Both the position numbers and the translations under genes were made by a program. Shown here one piece after another: positions 40,268 to 51,693 of a stretch of DNA of 64,000 bases. The notes beneath the pieces are model-generated. The model was not told the DNA's origin, did no database searches, and was given only the letters and a program-made list of their open reading frames with translations. How positions within the stretch are numbered: position 1 is the first letter of the stretch; every line of letters starts with the position of its first letter. This DNA is from Betaproteobacteria bacterium SG8_41. GTDB lineage: Bacteria > Pseudomonadota > Gammaproteobacteria > Burkholderiales > SG8-41. Where the stretch lies: assembly GCA_001303585.1 (NCBI GenBank), contig LJTT01000001.1:49088-113087 (forward strand). Reading direction: 5' to 3'.

Positions 40268-42784
40268 CTAGCCCAGGCTTGCGAGCAGCGCCTTCGCCTG
40301 CGACTTCTGGTCGGCGTCACCCTCGTTGATCACTTCCTGCAGGATCTCCTTGGCGCCTACCTTGTCGCCCATCTCCTGGTATGCCTTGGCCAGATCGAAC
40401 TTCGTCTGGACGTCGTACCAATGGCCGTCTTTGGTTGTCGGCACGCCTTGCGCTGTCGTAGACGCAGGCTTTTCGCCAAGGTCGAGCCCGCCCGGAATAT
40501 CAAGCTTGAAGTCGGTACCGCCGGGGCTCGTCAAATCTTTCACCGTTGGCAATTCGTGGATAGGCACCTCCGCTGGCGGAAGCTCGATGTGGAAGTCGAT
40601 GGTTCCCGGGTCCTTGGCGGTCTCGCGGCCCGTTTCGGGCTTCAGGTCGGCTTCCGCGGGTATTTCCTGCGCGGGCGGCACGTCGAGCTTGAAATCCGGC
40701 ATTGACGGAGCCTCTGCCGCGCGCTGCGCGCGCTCCACATCGGTTGCCATGCCGGTATCGACCACGGTCTGGGTCGCCGCCTGCACCGCAGCGGCAGCTT
40801 CGCTGCCAAGTTCGATGTCAGTAGTGGTCAGACCGACTCCAGCGCCGATCCCCAGGTCGATATCCAGGTTCTGCCCGGTTCTCGGGCCTGAGGGCGCTGG
40901 CGCTTCCGCGCCTTTGCCGGCCTCGTACAGCCTGTTCCCGGGGTCGAACGCGTACCCCATCGCCGCGACCTTGAGCCATTCGCTTCCCGCACTGCCAATC
41001 TGCTTCTGAACGTCCGTCGCAAGCTGACCAAACGCGCTCTTGTCTTTTCGCGCCGCGTAGATCTCAAGCAGCTTCAGCTTCACGTCCGCCCGGTTAGGCG
41101 CTCGTGCCAGTGCTTCCTTGAGAATCTCTTCTGCCTGTCCGTCCCGACCGTACGCGATATAGACTTCCGCCTCGGCAAGGGGATCAACGTCATCAGTCGC
41201 AGCCGACGCCGACGTGCTAGGTGCTGCGGCGGAATCAATATCGTCAGTTGAGGCGACTACCCCCGCCGCAGCGGTAGCCGCCGGACCAAGAGTCGGTGAT
41301 TCCCGGCCCATACCGATGTCAATGGCCTCGCGTGCGCGTCGGCGGCGCGCCATCCACAGCGCGAGGCCGCCCAGCACAAGGGCGCCGCTACCCGCCGCGA
41401 GGTACATTGGGTTTCCCACTGCCTCGATCACCTGGTCCATGAGCCCGGGCTGCGACGGCGCAGGCGGTGGCGCGACGATCTTGGGCTTCGGTTTCTGTTT
41501 CGGGGGCTCGGGCTTGGCAACAACCTTCGGCTTTTCCGGCACCGGCTGCGCCGCTTCCGGCTTGGCAGGCGCCGTCACTGCTGGTGCGGGCGCGGTTGCC
41601 GGCGCGGGAGGCGCGGCCTCCTGAGCCTGCTGCTGAGCAGCTGCCATACCCGAGCTCCGCAGCTCGATCAGCTTCTGCATGTCCTTGATGGTCTTCTCGA
41701 GCTGCACAATGCGCTCGTTGGCTTCCGCCAGCGCTTTTTCACGCGCCACGACTTCTTCCTCGAGAGCGCGGATGCGTTCTGCCGTACTAGCGGGTTTGTC
41801 AGCGCCAGCGGCAGGGGGCTCACCCTTGGAAATCTTTACGACTTCTTTCGGCCCCTCGCCGGGGCTCTCCTCGACTTTGGCCACGATCTTGCCGCTCGCA
41901 GCGCTTCGGCTGCTCGCCGGCGTCTCACCAGCCGCGTCCGCGAGGCGCTGGCGATAGGCTCTCCAATCGGTCACGTGAGCGCGGTAGACCTTGACCGCCT
42001 CGCCTCTCGAAATCGCTTCCACTTCTTCCCGGTCGGGAACACGGAGAATCTTCCCCGCCCGCACCAGATTCAGATTCTTGCGAATAAAGACTTCCTCGTT
42101 CGCGCGATACAGCGCCACCAGCATCTGCTCCAGCGTCACGCCCTCCGGCATCACGCTCCGTGCAATCTTGCCCAGCGTCTCTCCCCGCTCGATCGGCCCG
42201 TATTCCTTCGCTCCCGCCATCGGCGCCGGCGTAATCGGCTGGCTCACAGGCGCGGTGACTGGCGGTTCCGGCGCCGCTTGCATCGCTGGCGACGCTGGCG
42301 CCAGAGGCGCCGCCGGTGCTTCAGGAGTCATGGGCACAGGACGCATCTCAGGTGCCGCGGAAACGGTGGGGGCCGCTTCGCCCAGCGGCATCGACCCGAC
42401 GCCTGGCGGGTCGAGCAATGCGGTGTATTCACGCATGATGCGCCCGGAAGACCACGTCAGATCGATCATCAGGTCGATGAACGGCTCCGTGACGGGCCGC
42501 GATGTCGTGACCTTGAGATAGGGCCGCCCATCCGGACGCTTCTCGATCGTAACGCGCGCTCCCGGTAGCGCCGCGTTGTACTGCAGGTTGGCTTTTTTAT
42601 AGGCTTCAGGCGGTGCAATCCGGGCGCTGAGCGAGCCCATCTCGGCTTTGCTGACCGAGACCAACTCGATCTCCGCGCTGAACGGATGACCCAGAGCCGA
42701 CAGCACCGTGAGCCGCCCTAAGCCGGCTGCAGTTGCAAGCCCGGTCGCCAGCGCCATGAGCAGCATCGAGAGCGATGCCTTCAT
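40268..42784 (-). CDS. fimV: FimV-like peptidoglycan-binding protein
   Basis: Signal/transmembrane N-terminus, LysM-like YGPIERGETLGKIAR, a long acidic Pro/Ala-rich region with a mid transmembrane segment, and the C-terminal motif DLAKAYQEMGDKVGAKEILQEVI. ATG at 42784. Confidence 0.75.
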   Translation of the reverse strand: MKASLSMLLMALATGLATAAGLGRLTVLSALGHPFSAEIELVSVSKAEMGSLSARIAPPEAYKKANLQYNAALPGARVTIEKRPDGRPYLKVTTSRPVTEPFIDLMIDLTWSSGRIMREYTALLDPPGVGSMPLGEAAPTVSAAPEMRPVPMTPEAPAAPLAPASPAMQAAPEPPVTAPVSQPITPAPMAGAKEYGPIERGETLGKIARSVMPEGVTLEQMLVALYRANEEVFIRKNLNLVRAGKILRVPDREEVEAISRGEAVKVYRAHVTDWRAYRQRLADAAGETPASSRSAASGKIVAKVEESPGEGPKEVVKISKGEPPAAGADKPASTAERIRALEEEVVAREKALAEANERIVQLEKTIKDMQKLIELRSSGMAAAQQQAQEAAPPAPATAPAPAVTAPAKPEAAQPVPEKPKVVAKPEPPKQKPKPKIVAPPPAPSQPGLMDQVIEAVGNPMYLAAGSGALVLGGLALWMARRRRAREAIDIGMGRESPTLGPAATAAAGVVASTDDIDSAAAPSTSASAATDDVDPLAEAEVYIAYGRDGQAEEILKEALARAPNRADVKLKLLEIYAARKDKSAFGQLATDVQKQIGSAGSEWLKVAAMGYAFDPGNRLYEAGKGAEAPAPSGPRTGQNLDIDLGIGAGVGLTTTDIELGSEAAAAVQAATQTVVDTGMATDVERAQRAAEAPSMPDFKLDVPPAQEIPAEADLKPETGRETAKDPGTIDFHIELPPAEVPIHELPTVKDLTSPGGTDFKLDIPGGLDLGEKPASTTAQGVPTTKDGHWYDVQTKFDLAKAYQEMGDKVGAKEILQEVINEGDADQKSQAKALLASLG

Positions 42785-43000
42785 GATGATATCTCGCACA
42801 GCGGATCCCCTCCTTTTCGCGAGGAATAAAAAGACTAACATCAATCAGTTAGCGATGCAAGCTCATGTTTCCGTTAAATGATATGCCTAATGAAACTATT
42901 TTTTAATCAATTTCAACACAAGAGTGTGACGGATTCCGCGGTTTGTCACTACATGACACCTGAATGCAACTCATCGCATCGACGCACAGTCATGCCCGAC

Positions 43001-44170
43001 TCAGACACGAACCGAGCCGTGTCTTTTCGCAATCTCATCCGCAGCAGGCGCGCTGCCATCCGCTTCAAGCAGAATCCTCAGCATGCGACGGAGCGGCTCC
43101 GCGGCACCCCACAGCAATTGATCCCCGACCGTAAACGCTGCGAGATATTGCGCGCCCATCGGCAGCTTGCGCAATCTGCCAATCGGGACCAACAGCGTTC
43201 CGGTCACTGCCGCCGGCGTCAATTCCTCGAGCGTGGGCTCACGCCGGTTCGGAATGACCCTGACCCACGGATGCGCAGAAGCAAGCAACTGCTCGACTTC
43301 ATCGAGGCCGACATCCCGGGTAAGTTTGATCGTAAGCGCCTGACTGTGACAGCGCATGGCACCCACTCTTACGCAGATGCCATCGACCGGCATCGGATCA
43401 GCCATGCGCCCCAGTATCTTGTTGGCTTCGGCCATTGCTTTCCATTCCTCGCGGCTCTGGCCGTTGCCGAGGTCTTTGTCGATCCACGGCAGCAGGCTGC
43501 CGGCAAGGGGATGCCCGAACTGGGCAACAGGCAGGCCGCGGCCGCGGATCGCCTCAGCGACAGCCCTGTCGATCTCCAGTATGGCCGAACGCGGATCATC
43601 GGCCAGATGACGCGCCGCGCCGTACAGGTTACCCATCTGCTGCACCAGCTCGCGCATGTGCCCCGCACCAGCGCCGGAAGCCGCCTGGTAAGTCATCGCC
43701 GTGACCCACTCCACAAGTCCCGCCTGAATCAGGCCAGCAAGCGCCATTAGCATCAGACTGACCGTGCAGTTGCCGCCGATATAGTCCCGGGTGCCCCGCG
43801 CGAGCGCCGCATCGATGACCGCTCGATTGACGGGATCGAGGATGATGATGGCTTTCTCATCCATGCGCAGCGCCGATGCCGCGTCGATCCAGTAACCGCC
43901 CCATCCCGCGGCGCGCAGCTTTGGATGGATCTCGTTGGTGTAGTCGCCGCCCTGGCAGGAGATCAAAATGTCCGTTGCGGCAAGCGCGTCGAGATCTCGC
44001 GCGTCTTTGACCGGCGGAACGTCCCGGCCGACTCTCGGCGCGTTGCCGCCCATCTGCGAGGTGGAAAAGAACACGGGCTCGATAAGGTCGAAGTCGCGCT
44101 CCGCGCGCATACGGTCTACCAGCACGGAGCCCACCATGCCGCGCCACCCGATCAAGCCAACCCGTCTCAT
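43001..44170 (-). CDS. asd: aspartate-semialdehyde dehydrogenase
   Basis: [34 protein letters not shown] active-site Cys region. Confidence 0.93.
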   Translation of the reverse strand: MRRVGLIGWRGMVGSVLVDRMRAERDFDLIEPVFFSTSQMGGNAPRVGRDVPPVKDARDLDALAATDILISCQGGDYTNEIHPKLRAAGWGGYWIDAASALRMDEKAIIILDPVNRAVIDAALARGTRDYIGGNCTVSLMLMALAGLIQAGLVEWVTAMTYQAASGAGAGHMRELVQQMGNLYGAARHLADDPRSAILEIDRAVAEAIRGRGLPVAQFGHPLAGSLLPWIDKDLGNGQSREEWKAMAEANKILGRMADPMPVDGICVRVGAMRCHSQALTIKLTRDVGLDEVEQLLASAHPWVRVIPNRREPTLEELTPAAVTGTLLVPIGRLRKLPMGAQYLAAFTVGDQLLWGAAEPLRRMLRILLEADGSAPAADEIAKRHGSVRV

Positions 44171-44208
44171 TGCTGTTTACCGTCCAATGTCAGACTTCTT
44201 GGAGGGAT

Positions 44209-45273
44209 TCAAAGCTCCGCAAGCACCGCGTCCCCCATCTCAGCCGTGCCGACCTTCCGGGCGCCGCCCTCCTGTATGTCCGCCGTGCGCAAACCCTGCG
44301 CGAGCACGCGCTTGACCGCATCCTCGATTCGCTTCGCCGCCTCGTCCTGGTTGAACGTGTAGCGCAGCATCATGGCCAACGACAAGATCGTCGCCAGAGG
44401 ATTCGCCAGGTTCTTGCCGACTATGTCCGGCGCCGAGCCGTGCACCGGCTCGTAGAGCCCCTTGGAGCGCTCGTCGAGCGAAGCCGAGGGAAGCATCCCG
44501 ATCGAGCCCGTCAGCATCGATGCCTCATCGGACAGGATATCGCCAAACATGTTCCCGGTCACGATTACATCGAACTGCTTGGGGGCACGCACGAGTTGCA
44601 TCGCTGCGTTGTCCACGTACATGTGCGTGAGCGTGACCTGGGGATAATCTTTGGCGACATCGGTCACCACCTCCCGCCAGAAACGGCTGGTCTCGAGCAC
44701 GTTTTCCTTGTCCACCGAGCAGAGCTTGCGGCCGCGCTTCATCGCGGTGGTGAATCCCACGCGCGCAATCCGGCGGATCTCGGGTTCGCTATAGAGCATC
44801 GTGTCGAAGCCCTCGCGCTCCTGGCGCGCGTTAACTCGCCGGCCGCGCGGTTCGCCAAAGTAAATATCGCCCGTCAGCTCGCGGATGATCATGACGTCGA
44901 GCCCCGACACGATTTCCGGCTTGAGCGTCGACGCGCCGACCAGCTCCGGAAACAGCACTGCCGGCCGCAGATTGGCGAAAAGTCCGAGCTCCTTGCGAAT
45001 TCGCAGAATCCCCTGCTCCGGGCGCTGCGCACGCGGCAGCACATCGTACTGCGGACCGCCCACTGCTCCGCAAAGAACGGCATCCGCCGCCTTGGCAAGC
45101 CTGAGCGTCGCCTCGGGAAGCGGATCGCCATGGGCGTCGTAGCCGGCACCACCGAAGGGCGCCTGCTCGAGCTCCAGCTTCAGCCCGTCACTGGCCAGCG
45201 CCTGCAGCACCTTCATCGCCTCAGCAATGATCTCCGGGCCGATGCCGTCGCCCGCCAGAACCGCAATCTTCAT
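44209..45273 (-). CDS. leuB: 3-isopropylmalate dehydrogenase
   Basis: [41 protein letters not shown]. Confidence 0.95.
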   Translation of the reverse strand: MKIAVLAGDGIGPEIIAEAMKVLQALASDGLKLELEQAPFGGAGYDAHGDPLPEATLRLAKAADAVLCGAVGGPQYDVLPRAQRPEQGILRIRKELGLFANLRPAVLFPELVGASTLKPEIVSGLDVMIIRELTGDIYFGEPRGRRVNARQEREGFDTMLYSEPEIRRIARVGFTTAMKRGRKLCSVDKENVLETSRFWREVVTDVAKDYPQVTLTHMYVDNAAMQLVRAPKQFDVIVTGNMFGDILSDEASMLTGSIGMLPSASLDERSKGLYEPVHGSAPDIVGKNLANPLATILSLAMMLRYTFNQDEAAKRIEDAVKRVLAQGLRTADIQEGGARKVGTAEMGDAVLAEL

Positions 45274-45280
45274 ATACCCT

Positions 45281-45388
45281 CCGTGAACCGTGATTGGTGA
45301 TTGATGAATCGGAAAGATTGCCTCTAACGGCGCGACCGATTCCGGCCGGTAACTTCGCGATTCACGATTTACGATTCACGTTTTACGA
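45281..45388. repeat. inverted heptad arms, GTGAAT/ATTCAC family
   Basis: Left arm ccgtgaa ccgtgat tggtgat tgatgaa (45281-45308); right arm ttcgcga ttcacga tttacga ttcacgt tttacga (45354-45388). The leuD stop (45383-45385) is inside the right arm. Confidence 0.85.
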
Positions 45389-46021
45389 GAACAACCACGG
45401 CTGCCGTTCGCGATGTGCCGCCTCGAAAGCTCTGATCTTGTCAGCGTGGCCAAGCGTCAGGCCGATTTCGTCGAGCCCGTTCAGCAGGCAATGCTTGTTG
45501 AACGGATCGATCTCGAACCTGAAGCTCTCGCCACCAGGCGTGCTCACCGCCTGCTGCTCCAGATCGATCGCGACCCGGTAACCCGGTGTCGCCTGGGCCT
45601 CCCGCAACAGTCGATCGACGATCTTCGCATCGAGCCGGATCAGCAATAACCCGTTTTTCAGGCTGTTGTTGTAAAAGATGTCGGCAAAACTGGGCGCGAT
45701 TACTGCCTGAAACCCGTACTGGAGCAGCGCCCACGGCGCATGCTCGCGCGAGGAGCCGCAGCCGAAATTTTCGCGCGCGAGCAGGACGGTTGCGCCCTGG
45801 TAGCGCGGTTGGTTGAGGACAAAATCCTTGTTGAGCGGCCGCTTGGAATGATCCATTCCCGGTTCGCCGTGGTCGAGATAGCGCCACTCGTCGAACAGAT
45901 TCGGGCCGTAGCCCGTGCGCTTGATCGACTTCAGGTATTGCTTGGGGATGATCGCATCCGTATCCACGTTGGCGCGGTCCATCGGCGCCACCAGACCCTC
46001 GCGTCGGACAAATTTTTCCAT
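45383..46021 (-). CDS. leuD: 3-isopropylmalate dehydratase small subunit
   Basis: 212 aa, [20 protein letters not shown] motif. The stop codon lies inside a repeat arm. Confidence 0.93.
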   Translation of the reverse strand: MEKFVRREGLVAPMDRANVDTDAIIPKQYLKSIKRTGYGPNLFDEWRYLDHGEPGMDHSKRPLNKDFVLNQPRYQGATVLLARENFGCGSSREHAPWALLQYGFQAVIAPSFADIFYNNSLKNGLLLIRLDAKIVDRLLREAQATPGYRVAIDLEQQAVSTPGGESFRFEIDPFNKHCLLNGLDEIGLTLGHADKIRAFEAAHRERQPWLFS

Positions 46022-46038
46022 GATCTTTCCAGTCCGCC

Positions 46039-47407
46039 TTATTTCATGGTACGAACATCGACAAAATGCCCGGCGACCGCCGCCGCCGCCGCCATCGCGG
46101 GACTAACAAGATGTGTTCTGCCGCCGGCACCCTGCCGACCCTCGAAATTGCGATTCGAAGTGGATGCGCAACGCTCGCCCGGCGAGAGCTGGTCGTCGTT
46201 CATGCCCAGACACATAGAGCAGCCCGGCTGGCGCCACTCGAATCCGGCTGCGGTGAAGATCTTGTCGAGCCCTTCTTGTTCAGCCTGCTGCTTGACCAGG
46301 CCCGATCCGGGGACGACGATTGCCAGCTTGATATTCGAAGCCACCCGTTTGTCCTTCACGACCTGGGCCGCGGCACGCAGATCCTCGATGCGCGAGTTGG
46401 TGCAGGCGCCAATGAATATCTTGTCGGGCTTGATCTGGGTAATGGGCGTGTTGGGCTTGAGGTCCATGTACTTGAGTGCGCGCTCCATCCACTCGCGCTG
46501 CACGGGATCCTTCTCCTGCGCAGGGTCGGGCACCTTTCCGTCAACGGTCGTCACCATCTGAGGCGATGTGCCCCAGCTCACCTGCGGCTGGATCTGGGCC
46601 GCGTCGAGCGTGACCACCTTGTCGAAAGTCGCATCGGGATCGCTAACGAGCGTGCGCCAGTAGGCAAGCGCCTTGTCCCACATCGCGCCCGCGGGCGCCA
46701 TGGGACGCCCCTTCACGTACTCGATCGTCGTGTCGTCCACTGCAACCATGCCGGCCCGCGCGCCCGCCTCGATCGACATGTTGCAGACGGTCATGCGGCC
46801 TTCCATTGAAAGCGCGCGGATGGCGCTCCCGGCAAACTCGATGCTGTAACCGGTGCCACCTGCGGTACCGATTTTTCCGATGATCGCGAGAATGATGTCT
46901 TTCGCCGTGACGCCGAGGCCGAGCGCTCCCTCCACCTCGACTTTCATGGTCTTCGTCTTTTTCATCATCAGGCACTGGGTCGCAAGCACGTGCTCGACCT
47001 CGCTCGTGCCGATACCGAAGGCAAGACAACCGAAGGCGCCGTGCGTGCTCGTATGCGAGTCGCCGCACACGACTGTCATGCCCGGAAGCGTCGCGCCCTG
47101 CTCCGGCCCGATCACGTGCACGATCCCTTGCTGCCTATCGAGAAACGGAAAATAGACTTTGGCACCGAATTCCTTGATGTTCTTGTCGAGCGTCTCGACC
47201 TGCAGTCGCGAAACCGGATCGGTGATGCCGCCGAACCGAATCCACGCGCCACGGCTTGCGCCCCGCGAGCTTCAGCCCCTCGTAGGCCTGCGGACTGGTT
47301 ACCTCGTGAACGAGGTGGCGGTCGATGTAAATAAGTGCGGAGCCATCGGGCGCTTGGTGCACGAGATGGCTATCCCATAATTTGTCGTAAAGCGTCCGGG
47401 CTGTCAT
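46039..47407 (-). pseudogene. leuC: 3-isopropylmalate dehydratase large subunit, disrupted (internal deletion plus frameshift near 47236)
   Basis: The N-terminal 57 aa ([57 protein letters not shown]) are in one frame. The rest ([47 protein letters not shown]...) is in another. The conserved DHN-containing segment between them is missing. Confidence 0.8.
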
Positions 47408-47515
47408 TGATCGCCTAACGTCATAAAAACGTTGAATTATCACACATTCCATTTCCAATCGGAACACACAGGGCTGCAATTGCCGTTCTCGGCTGGCCCG
47501 CTACCCGGTGCCGGC

Positions 47516-48664
47516 TCAGCGCTCCCGCGCTTCGAGATCGAGTTTCCAGAGAATGAGCAGCATCCCCAATCCTGCCGCTGCCGCCGCAAGGCTGAATGTC
47601 AAGCCGGCGCCGAGTTGCTCCCAGCCATAACCGCTGGCAACGCTGCCCACCGTGCCGCCGACGCCGTAGGCCAGGCTGCCGTAAATTGCCTGCCCGCGCG
47701 CCTGGTGCCGGCCCCGGAACAAACGGTGCACGAGCCCAATTGCTGCGGCGTGGAAAGACCCGAACGTTGCCGCATGCAAAGTCTGCGCGAACAACAAAAG
47801 GGCGAGACTGTCCGCTCCCCACCCGATCACGAGAAAGCGCACGACCGCGAGCGCAAAGCTTCCCATCAGGATCTGGCGCAATGTGAACGCGCCATAAAGC
47901 CGTGGCAGCCAGAAGAAGATGCCGATTTCGCACAGCACGCCGATCGCCCACAGCCATCCTGTCAGCGCCTTGCTGTAGCCATGCGCGACGAGATGAATCG
48001 AATAAAAGGAATAATAGGGTCCATGGGCAGCCACCATGAGCGCGCAGCCCGCGATCAACGCCACAACCGCGGGTCGCTTCAGTATGTGGGTTATCGGCCC
48101 GGCCTCTGGATGTGGCGGGGGATCCGTTTCAGGTATGGATTGCGCCAGCGCCACCGTTCCCGCGATTAACGCGAGCACAACCCACAGCAGCGCTGACACC
48201 TCAAAAAGATCCAGGAAGTAGCCGACCGCAACCACAGCCACCATGTATCCGATCGACCCCCACAGTCGGATGCGGCCATAGTCGCCCGTCCTCTCGCCCA
48301 ACCGGAGCAGTGTCGTCGAATCGACCAGCGGTATGGCTGCGCTCAAGAAAAAACTCAGGGCAAATGCAACCGTGCAGATCCAAACGAACTCCGTGCCCGC
48401 AAACATGCCGAGCCAGCATACGAGTCCCGCCAGCGTAGTCGCGCGAACGATGCGCATGAGTCCTCCGCTGGCGTCGGCGAGCCAGCCCCAAAGATGCGGC
48501 GCCGTCATCCGCGCCACTGCGGGTAGCGCCATCACGACACCAATCTGGACCGGTGAGAGGCCGACCGCTTTCAGGTAGATGCTGAAGAAGGGCGCGAAGG
48601 CACCCAGGTAGGCGAAATAGAAGAAATAAAAGCCGGCGAGACGCCGGCGAGGCAGATCAACCAT
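47516..48664 (-). CDS. MFS transporter (HcaT/LacY-like subfamily)
   Basis: 382 aa, 12 hydrophobic segments, FYFFYFAYLGAFAPFFSIYLKAVGLSP start. Confidence 0.8.
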   Translation of the reverse strand: MVDLPRRRLAGFYFFYFAYLGAFAPFFSIYLKAVGLSPVQIGVVMALPAVARMTAPHLWGWLADASGGLMRIVRATTLAGLVCWLGMFAGTEFVWICTVAFALSFFLSAAIPLVDSTTLLRLGERTGDYGRIRLWGSIGYMVAVVAVGYFLDLFEVSALLWVVLALIAGTVALAQSIPETDPPPHPEAGPITHILKRPAVVALIAGCALMVAAHGPYYSFYSIHLVAHGYSKALTGWLWAIGVLCEIGIFFWLPRLYGAFTLRQILMGSFALAVVRFLVIGWGADSLALLLFAQTLHAATFGSFHAAAIGLVHRLFRGRHQARGQAIYGSLAYGVGGTVGSVASGYGWEQLGAGLTFSLAAAAAGLGMLLILWKLDLEARER

Positions 48665-48677
48665 CGCCTAGATGCCG

Positions 48678-49841
48678 CTAGGCTTCGTCGGGGTCCGGGT
48701 TTTCGACCGCTGCCGCCGCGCGCAGCTTGTCGATCACTTCGGCAGGTGCCACGGCTGGCACGCGGGGGGTCCCGCACGCCACGTCCGCATTCTGCGCACG
48801 GTGGCGCAGCGCGTGGTCCATGAGTGTCAGGGCCATCATCGCTTCGCAAATCGGCGTCGCGCGAATGCCGACGCAAGGATCGTGGCGCCCGTGCGTTTCG
48901 ATCGTGGTCGGCCCGCCTGCCGTGTCGATCGTGCGCCGCGCCAGCCGGATGCTTGAAGTGGGCTTTACCGCGACATGAACGACGATGTCCTGGCCCGTCG
49001 AGATGCCACCGAGGACACCACCGGCGTTATTTGAGAGGAATCCCTGCGGTGTCATCTCGTCGGAGTGTTCCGTACCCTTCTGGACCACCGAGCGGAACCC
49101 CGCCCCGATCTCGACGCCTTTCACCGCGTTGATGCTCATCATGTTGTAAGCGAGGTCCGCATCGAGCTTGTCGTAAACCGGCTCGCCCCAGCCCACTGGA
49201 ACGTTCTGCGCAAGGGTCGTAATCCGCGCACCGCAGGAGTCTCCCGATTTGCGCAGCCCGTCCATGAACGCCTCTAGCTCCGGCACAATCTCGGCATTGG
49301 GCGCGAAGAACGGGTTCGCAGCGACCGCATCCCACGTCTTGAACGGAATTTCGATCGGGCCGAGCTGCGCCATCCAGCCGCGCACCACAACGCCGTAGCG
49401 CTCGCGCAGCCACTTCTTGGCGATCGCAGAGGCTGCAACGCGCACCGCCGTTTCCCGCGCGGACTGGCGCCCTCCGCCGCGATAGTCACGGATGCCGTAT
49501 TTTTGCCAATAGGTATAGTCGGCATGGCCCGGCCGGAACATGTCCTTGATCTTTGAGTAATCCTTGCTGCGGGCATCGACATTGCGAATAAGCAAAGCGA
49601 TAGGCGTGCCGGTCGTCCTGCCCTCGAATACGCCCGAGAGAATTTCAACGACGTCTTCCTCGCGCCGCTGCGTCACGTGTCGCGACGTGCCGGGCTTGCG
49701 CCGGTCGAGCTCGGGCTGGATGTCAGCTTCGGAAAGTTTCAGGCCCGGCGGGCAGCCATCGACCACGCAGCCGATCGCCGGCCCGTGGCTCTCGCCGAAC
49801 GAGGTCACGCAGAAGAGCTTGCCCAGGGTATTGCCCGACAT
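48678..49841 (-). CDS. aroC: chorismate synthase
   Basis: [32 protein letters not shown] at 49841. Confidence 0.95.
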   Translation of the reverse strand: MSGNTLGKLFCVTSFGESHGPAIGCVVDGCPPGLKLSEADIQPELDRRKPGTSRHVTQRREEDVVEILSGVFEGRTTGTPIALLIRNVDARSKDYSKIKDMFRPGHADYTYWQKYGIRDYRGGGRQSARETAVRVAASAIAKKWLRERYGVVVRGWMAQLGPIEIPFKTWDAVAANPFFAPNAEIVPELEAFMDGLRKSGDSCGARITTLAQNVPVGWGEPVYDKLDADLAYNMMSINAVKGVEIGAGFRSVVQKGTEHSDEMTPQGFLSNNAGGVLGGISTGQDIVVHVAVKPTSSIRLARRTIDTAGGPTTIETHGRHDPCVGIRATPICEAMMALTLMDHALRHRAQNADVACGTPRVPAVAPAEVIDKLRAAAAVENPDPDEA

Positions 49842-50019
49842 CGTGCGCGCCAAAACTCGAAGAAATTCAACGGGAAGTTTAGCACAAGGACCAAGAAGCG
49901 CCGCCGTCCCTGAAGTGAGCTGCAGCGGCCTTTTCGGTCAGCGGGTGCAGTCGCCGCCCGGCGCATTTCTGGACGATGTGTATTGATGCTCGCGGCGGGC
50001 CGTAGAAACTGGCCCCCGC

Positions 50020-51291
50020 TCAGCGCGCCCGGCCCAAGAGGGCTTGCAGCAACTCGACGCCCCAGGCCACGCCGAAACCCGTGACATCCGTGCCCACCGC
50101 GCCAAGACCGCCCTTGCAGCTCGAACCCGAAAGATCCATGTGTATCCACGGCGTGTCTCCCACGAACCGCTTGAGGAAACGGGTCGCAAGGATATGGTCG
50201 GCCTGTCCTTCCATGCTGCACTGTTTGACGTCGGCGATCTGGCTGTCGAGCGCCGCGTCGTAGTCCGCGTCAAAGGGAAAAGCGCAGACGCGCTCCCCGC
50301 TCGCTCGGCCAGCCGCCACTGCGCGCCGCGCAAGATCCTCGTCCGTGGCAAACACGCCGCTGTAGCGGTCACCGAGCGCGACATGCATGCTGCCCGTCAG
50401 CGTCGCAAAATCCACGATCAACGCCGGCTTCGCGCGCGCCGCCAGCGCAAGCGTGTCGGCGAGCACCATGCGCCCCTCCGCGTCCGTGTGAACGATCTCG
50501 ATGGTCGTGCCGTTGAGGGCGGTCACCACCTCGTTCTGCTTGTAGGCGCGCGGGCTGAGATGGTTCTGCGCGATGGCCATCCAGCAATCCAGCTCGACCG
50601 GCAGCCCGAGCTCCGACGCGGCAAGCAGGATGCCCAGCGCCACGGCCGAACCATTCATGTCCTCATGCATCCCGTGCATATAGCGCGCGCTCTTCAGGTT
50701 ATGCCCGCCGGTATCGAAGCAAATTCCCTTGCCGACCAGCGCGATGCGCTTGCGTGGCCGACGGCCGCGATAGGTGAGATGCACGATGGCCGCATCGCCG
50801 TCGGCGCTGCCCTGAGCAACGGCGAGGAAAGCGCCCGCGCCCATCTTTCTCAGGCGCTTCACGTCGTAGTCCTCGTGCCGCCAGCCGTGCTCGCGCGCGA
50901 GCCGGCGCACACGCGCGCGGTAGTGGGCCGGGTTGAGCTCGTTAGGTGGCAGCACGGTCAGCTCGCGGCATAACGCGTTGCCTCCCGCAACAGCCAGTCG
51001 AGGGCAGAAACCGTTTGCGGAGCGATGGCCGAACAGCCGGATCGAACGCAGAGCGGCTCCACTCGCCTCCTTCTTTCGCTGCGGCAAGCGGGCGCCGTTG
51101 ATCCACGCGGCGTAGACCGCCATCTCAGCAGCGCGCTGCCGCTGGACAGCCGTTCCGAAGACGCCAATGGCCAGCGACTCGGGCTTCTCCGCCAGGAGAA
51201 GCTGCGCCGCCTTGCGGACCACGGTGAGTTGCTCAAACGGCGTGTTACCGGCGTCGAGCATGACCCAGGCGGCCAGCCCGCCCTGAGGCAA
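50020..51291 (-). CDS. M17 (leucyl aminopeptidase) family peptidase, main ORF
   Basis: VGKGICFDTGGHNLK, NGSAVALG and DAEGRMVLAD catalytic-domain motifs. The only start is a TTG without a Shine-Dalgarno sequence. Confidence 0.85.
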   Translation of the reverse strand: MPQGGLAAWVMLDAGNTPFEQLTVVRKAAQLLLAEKPESLAIGVFGTAVQRQRAAEMAVYAAWINGARLPQRKKEASGAALRSIRLFGHRSANGFCPRLAVAGGNALCRELTVLPPNELNPAHYRARVRRLAREHGWRHEDYDVKRLRKMGAGAFLAVAQGSADGDAAIVHLTYRGRRPRKRIALVGKGICFDTGGHNLKSARYMHGMHEDMNGSAVALGILLAASELGLPVELDCWMAIAQNHLSPRAYKQNEVVTALNGTTIEIVHTDAEGRMVLADTLALAARAKPALIVDFATLTGSMHVALGDRYSGVFATDEDLARRAVAAGRASGERVCAFPFDADYDAALDSQIADVKQCSMEGQADHILATRFLKRFVGDTPWIHMDLSGSSCKGGLGAVGTDVTGFGVAWGVELLQALLGRAR

Positions 51292-51481
51292 ATCCGTCGT
51301 TGGCGAGATCTTCCGGCTTCTTCTTGCGCCGGGCGAGCGCCCGCGAGAGTGTATCAGCGAAGGGCAACCCGGGCACCGTTTCCAGCCGGGTCGTTTTGGG
51401 CAACACCATCAATGCGTGCCGCACGCGCGCCAGATTCGCAACGGTCATGGGTGCGCCTGTTTGCTCCAGCTTTGCCAGCAT
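51245..51481 (-). pseudogene. upstream ORF that is probably the displaced N-terminal part of the M17 peptidase gene
   Basis: ATG ORF (MLAKLEQTGAPMTVANL...ARRKKKPEDLA) with a GGAAGG box and a TATAAT-like box upstream. It ends 46 nt inside the main ORF in another frame. Skipping one nt near 51301 joins ...PEDLA to TTDLPQGGLAAWVMLD. Confidence 0.45.
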
Positions 51482-51693
51482 TGAAATCCCAACCTTCCGA
51501 TCGACAGGTGCGCGGATTATAACCTCCGGTCTCGCCCGACACGGAGAGCGCCGGAGCAGAATCGGCCGATGGCGCGCTGGCTGTCGCTCGTCACATTCGC
51601 GGCCACCAGAGAACGAATCGTCGCGGCACAGTAAAATGGACTAGAATTCCCGTCGCATCGCCACTCGAACCCGTAGGCCTGTATCCTGAGTCC

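Noticed and set aside
49879-49885. TTAGCAC, half of a CIRCE (HrcA operator) left arm.
   Set aside because: Only 7 nt match, there is no GAGTGCTAA partner 9 nt downstream, and it lies upstream of aroC, which is not a chaperone gene.
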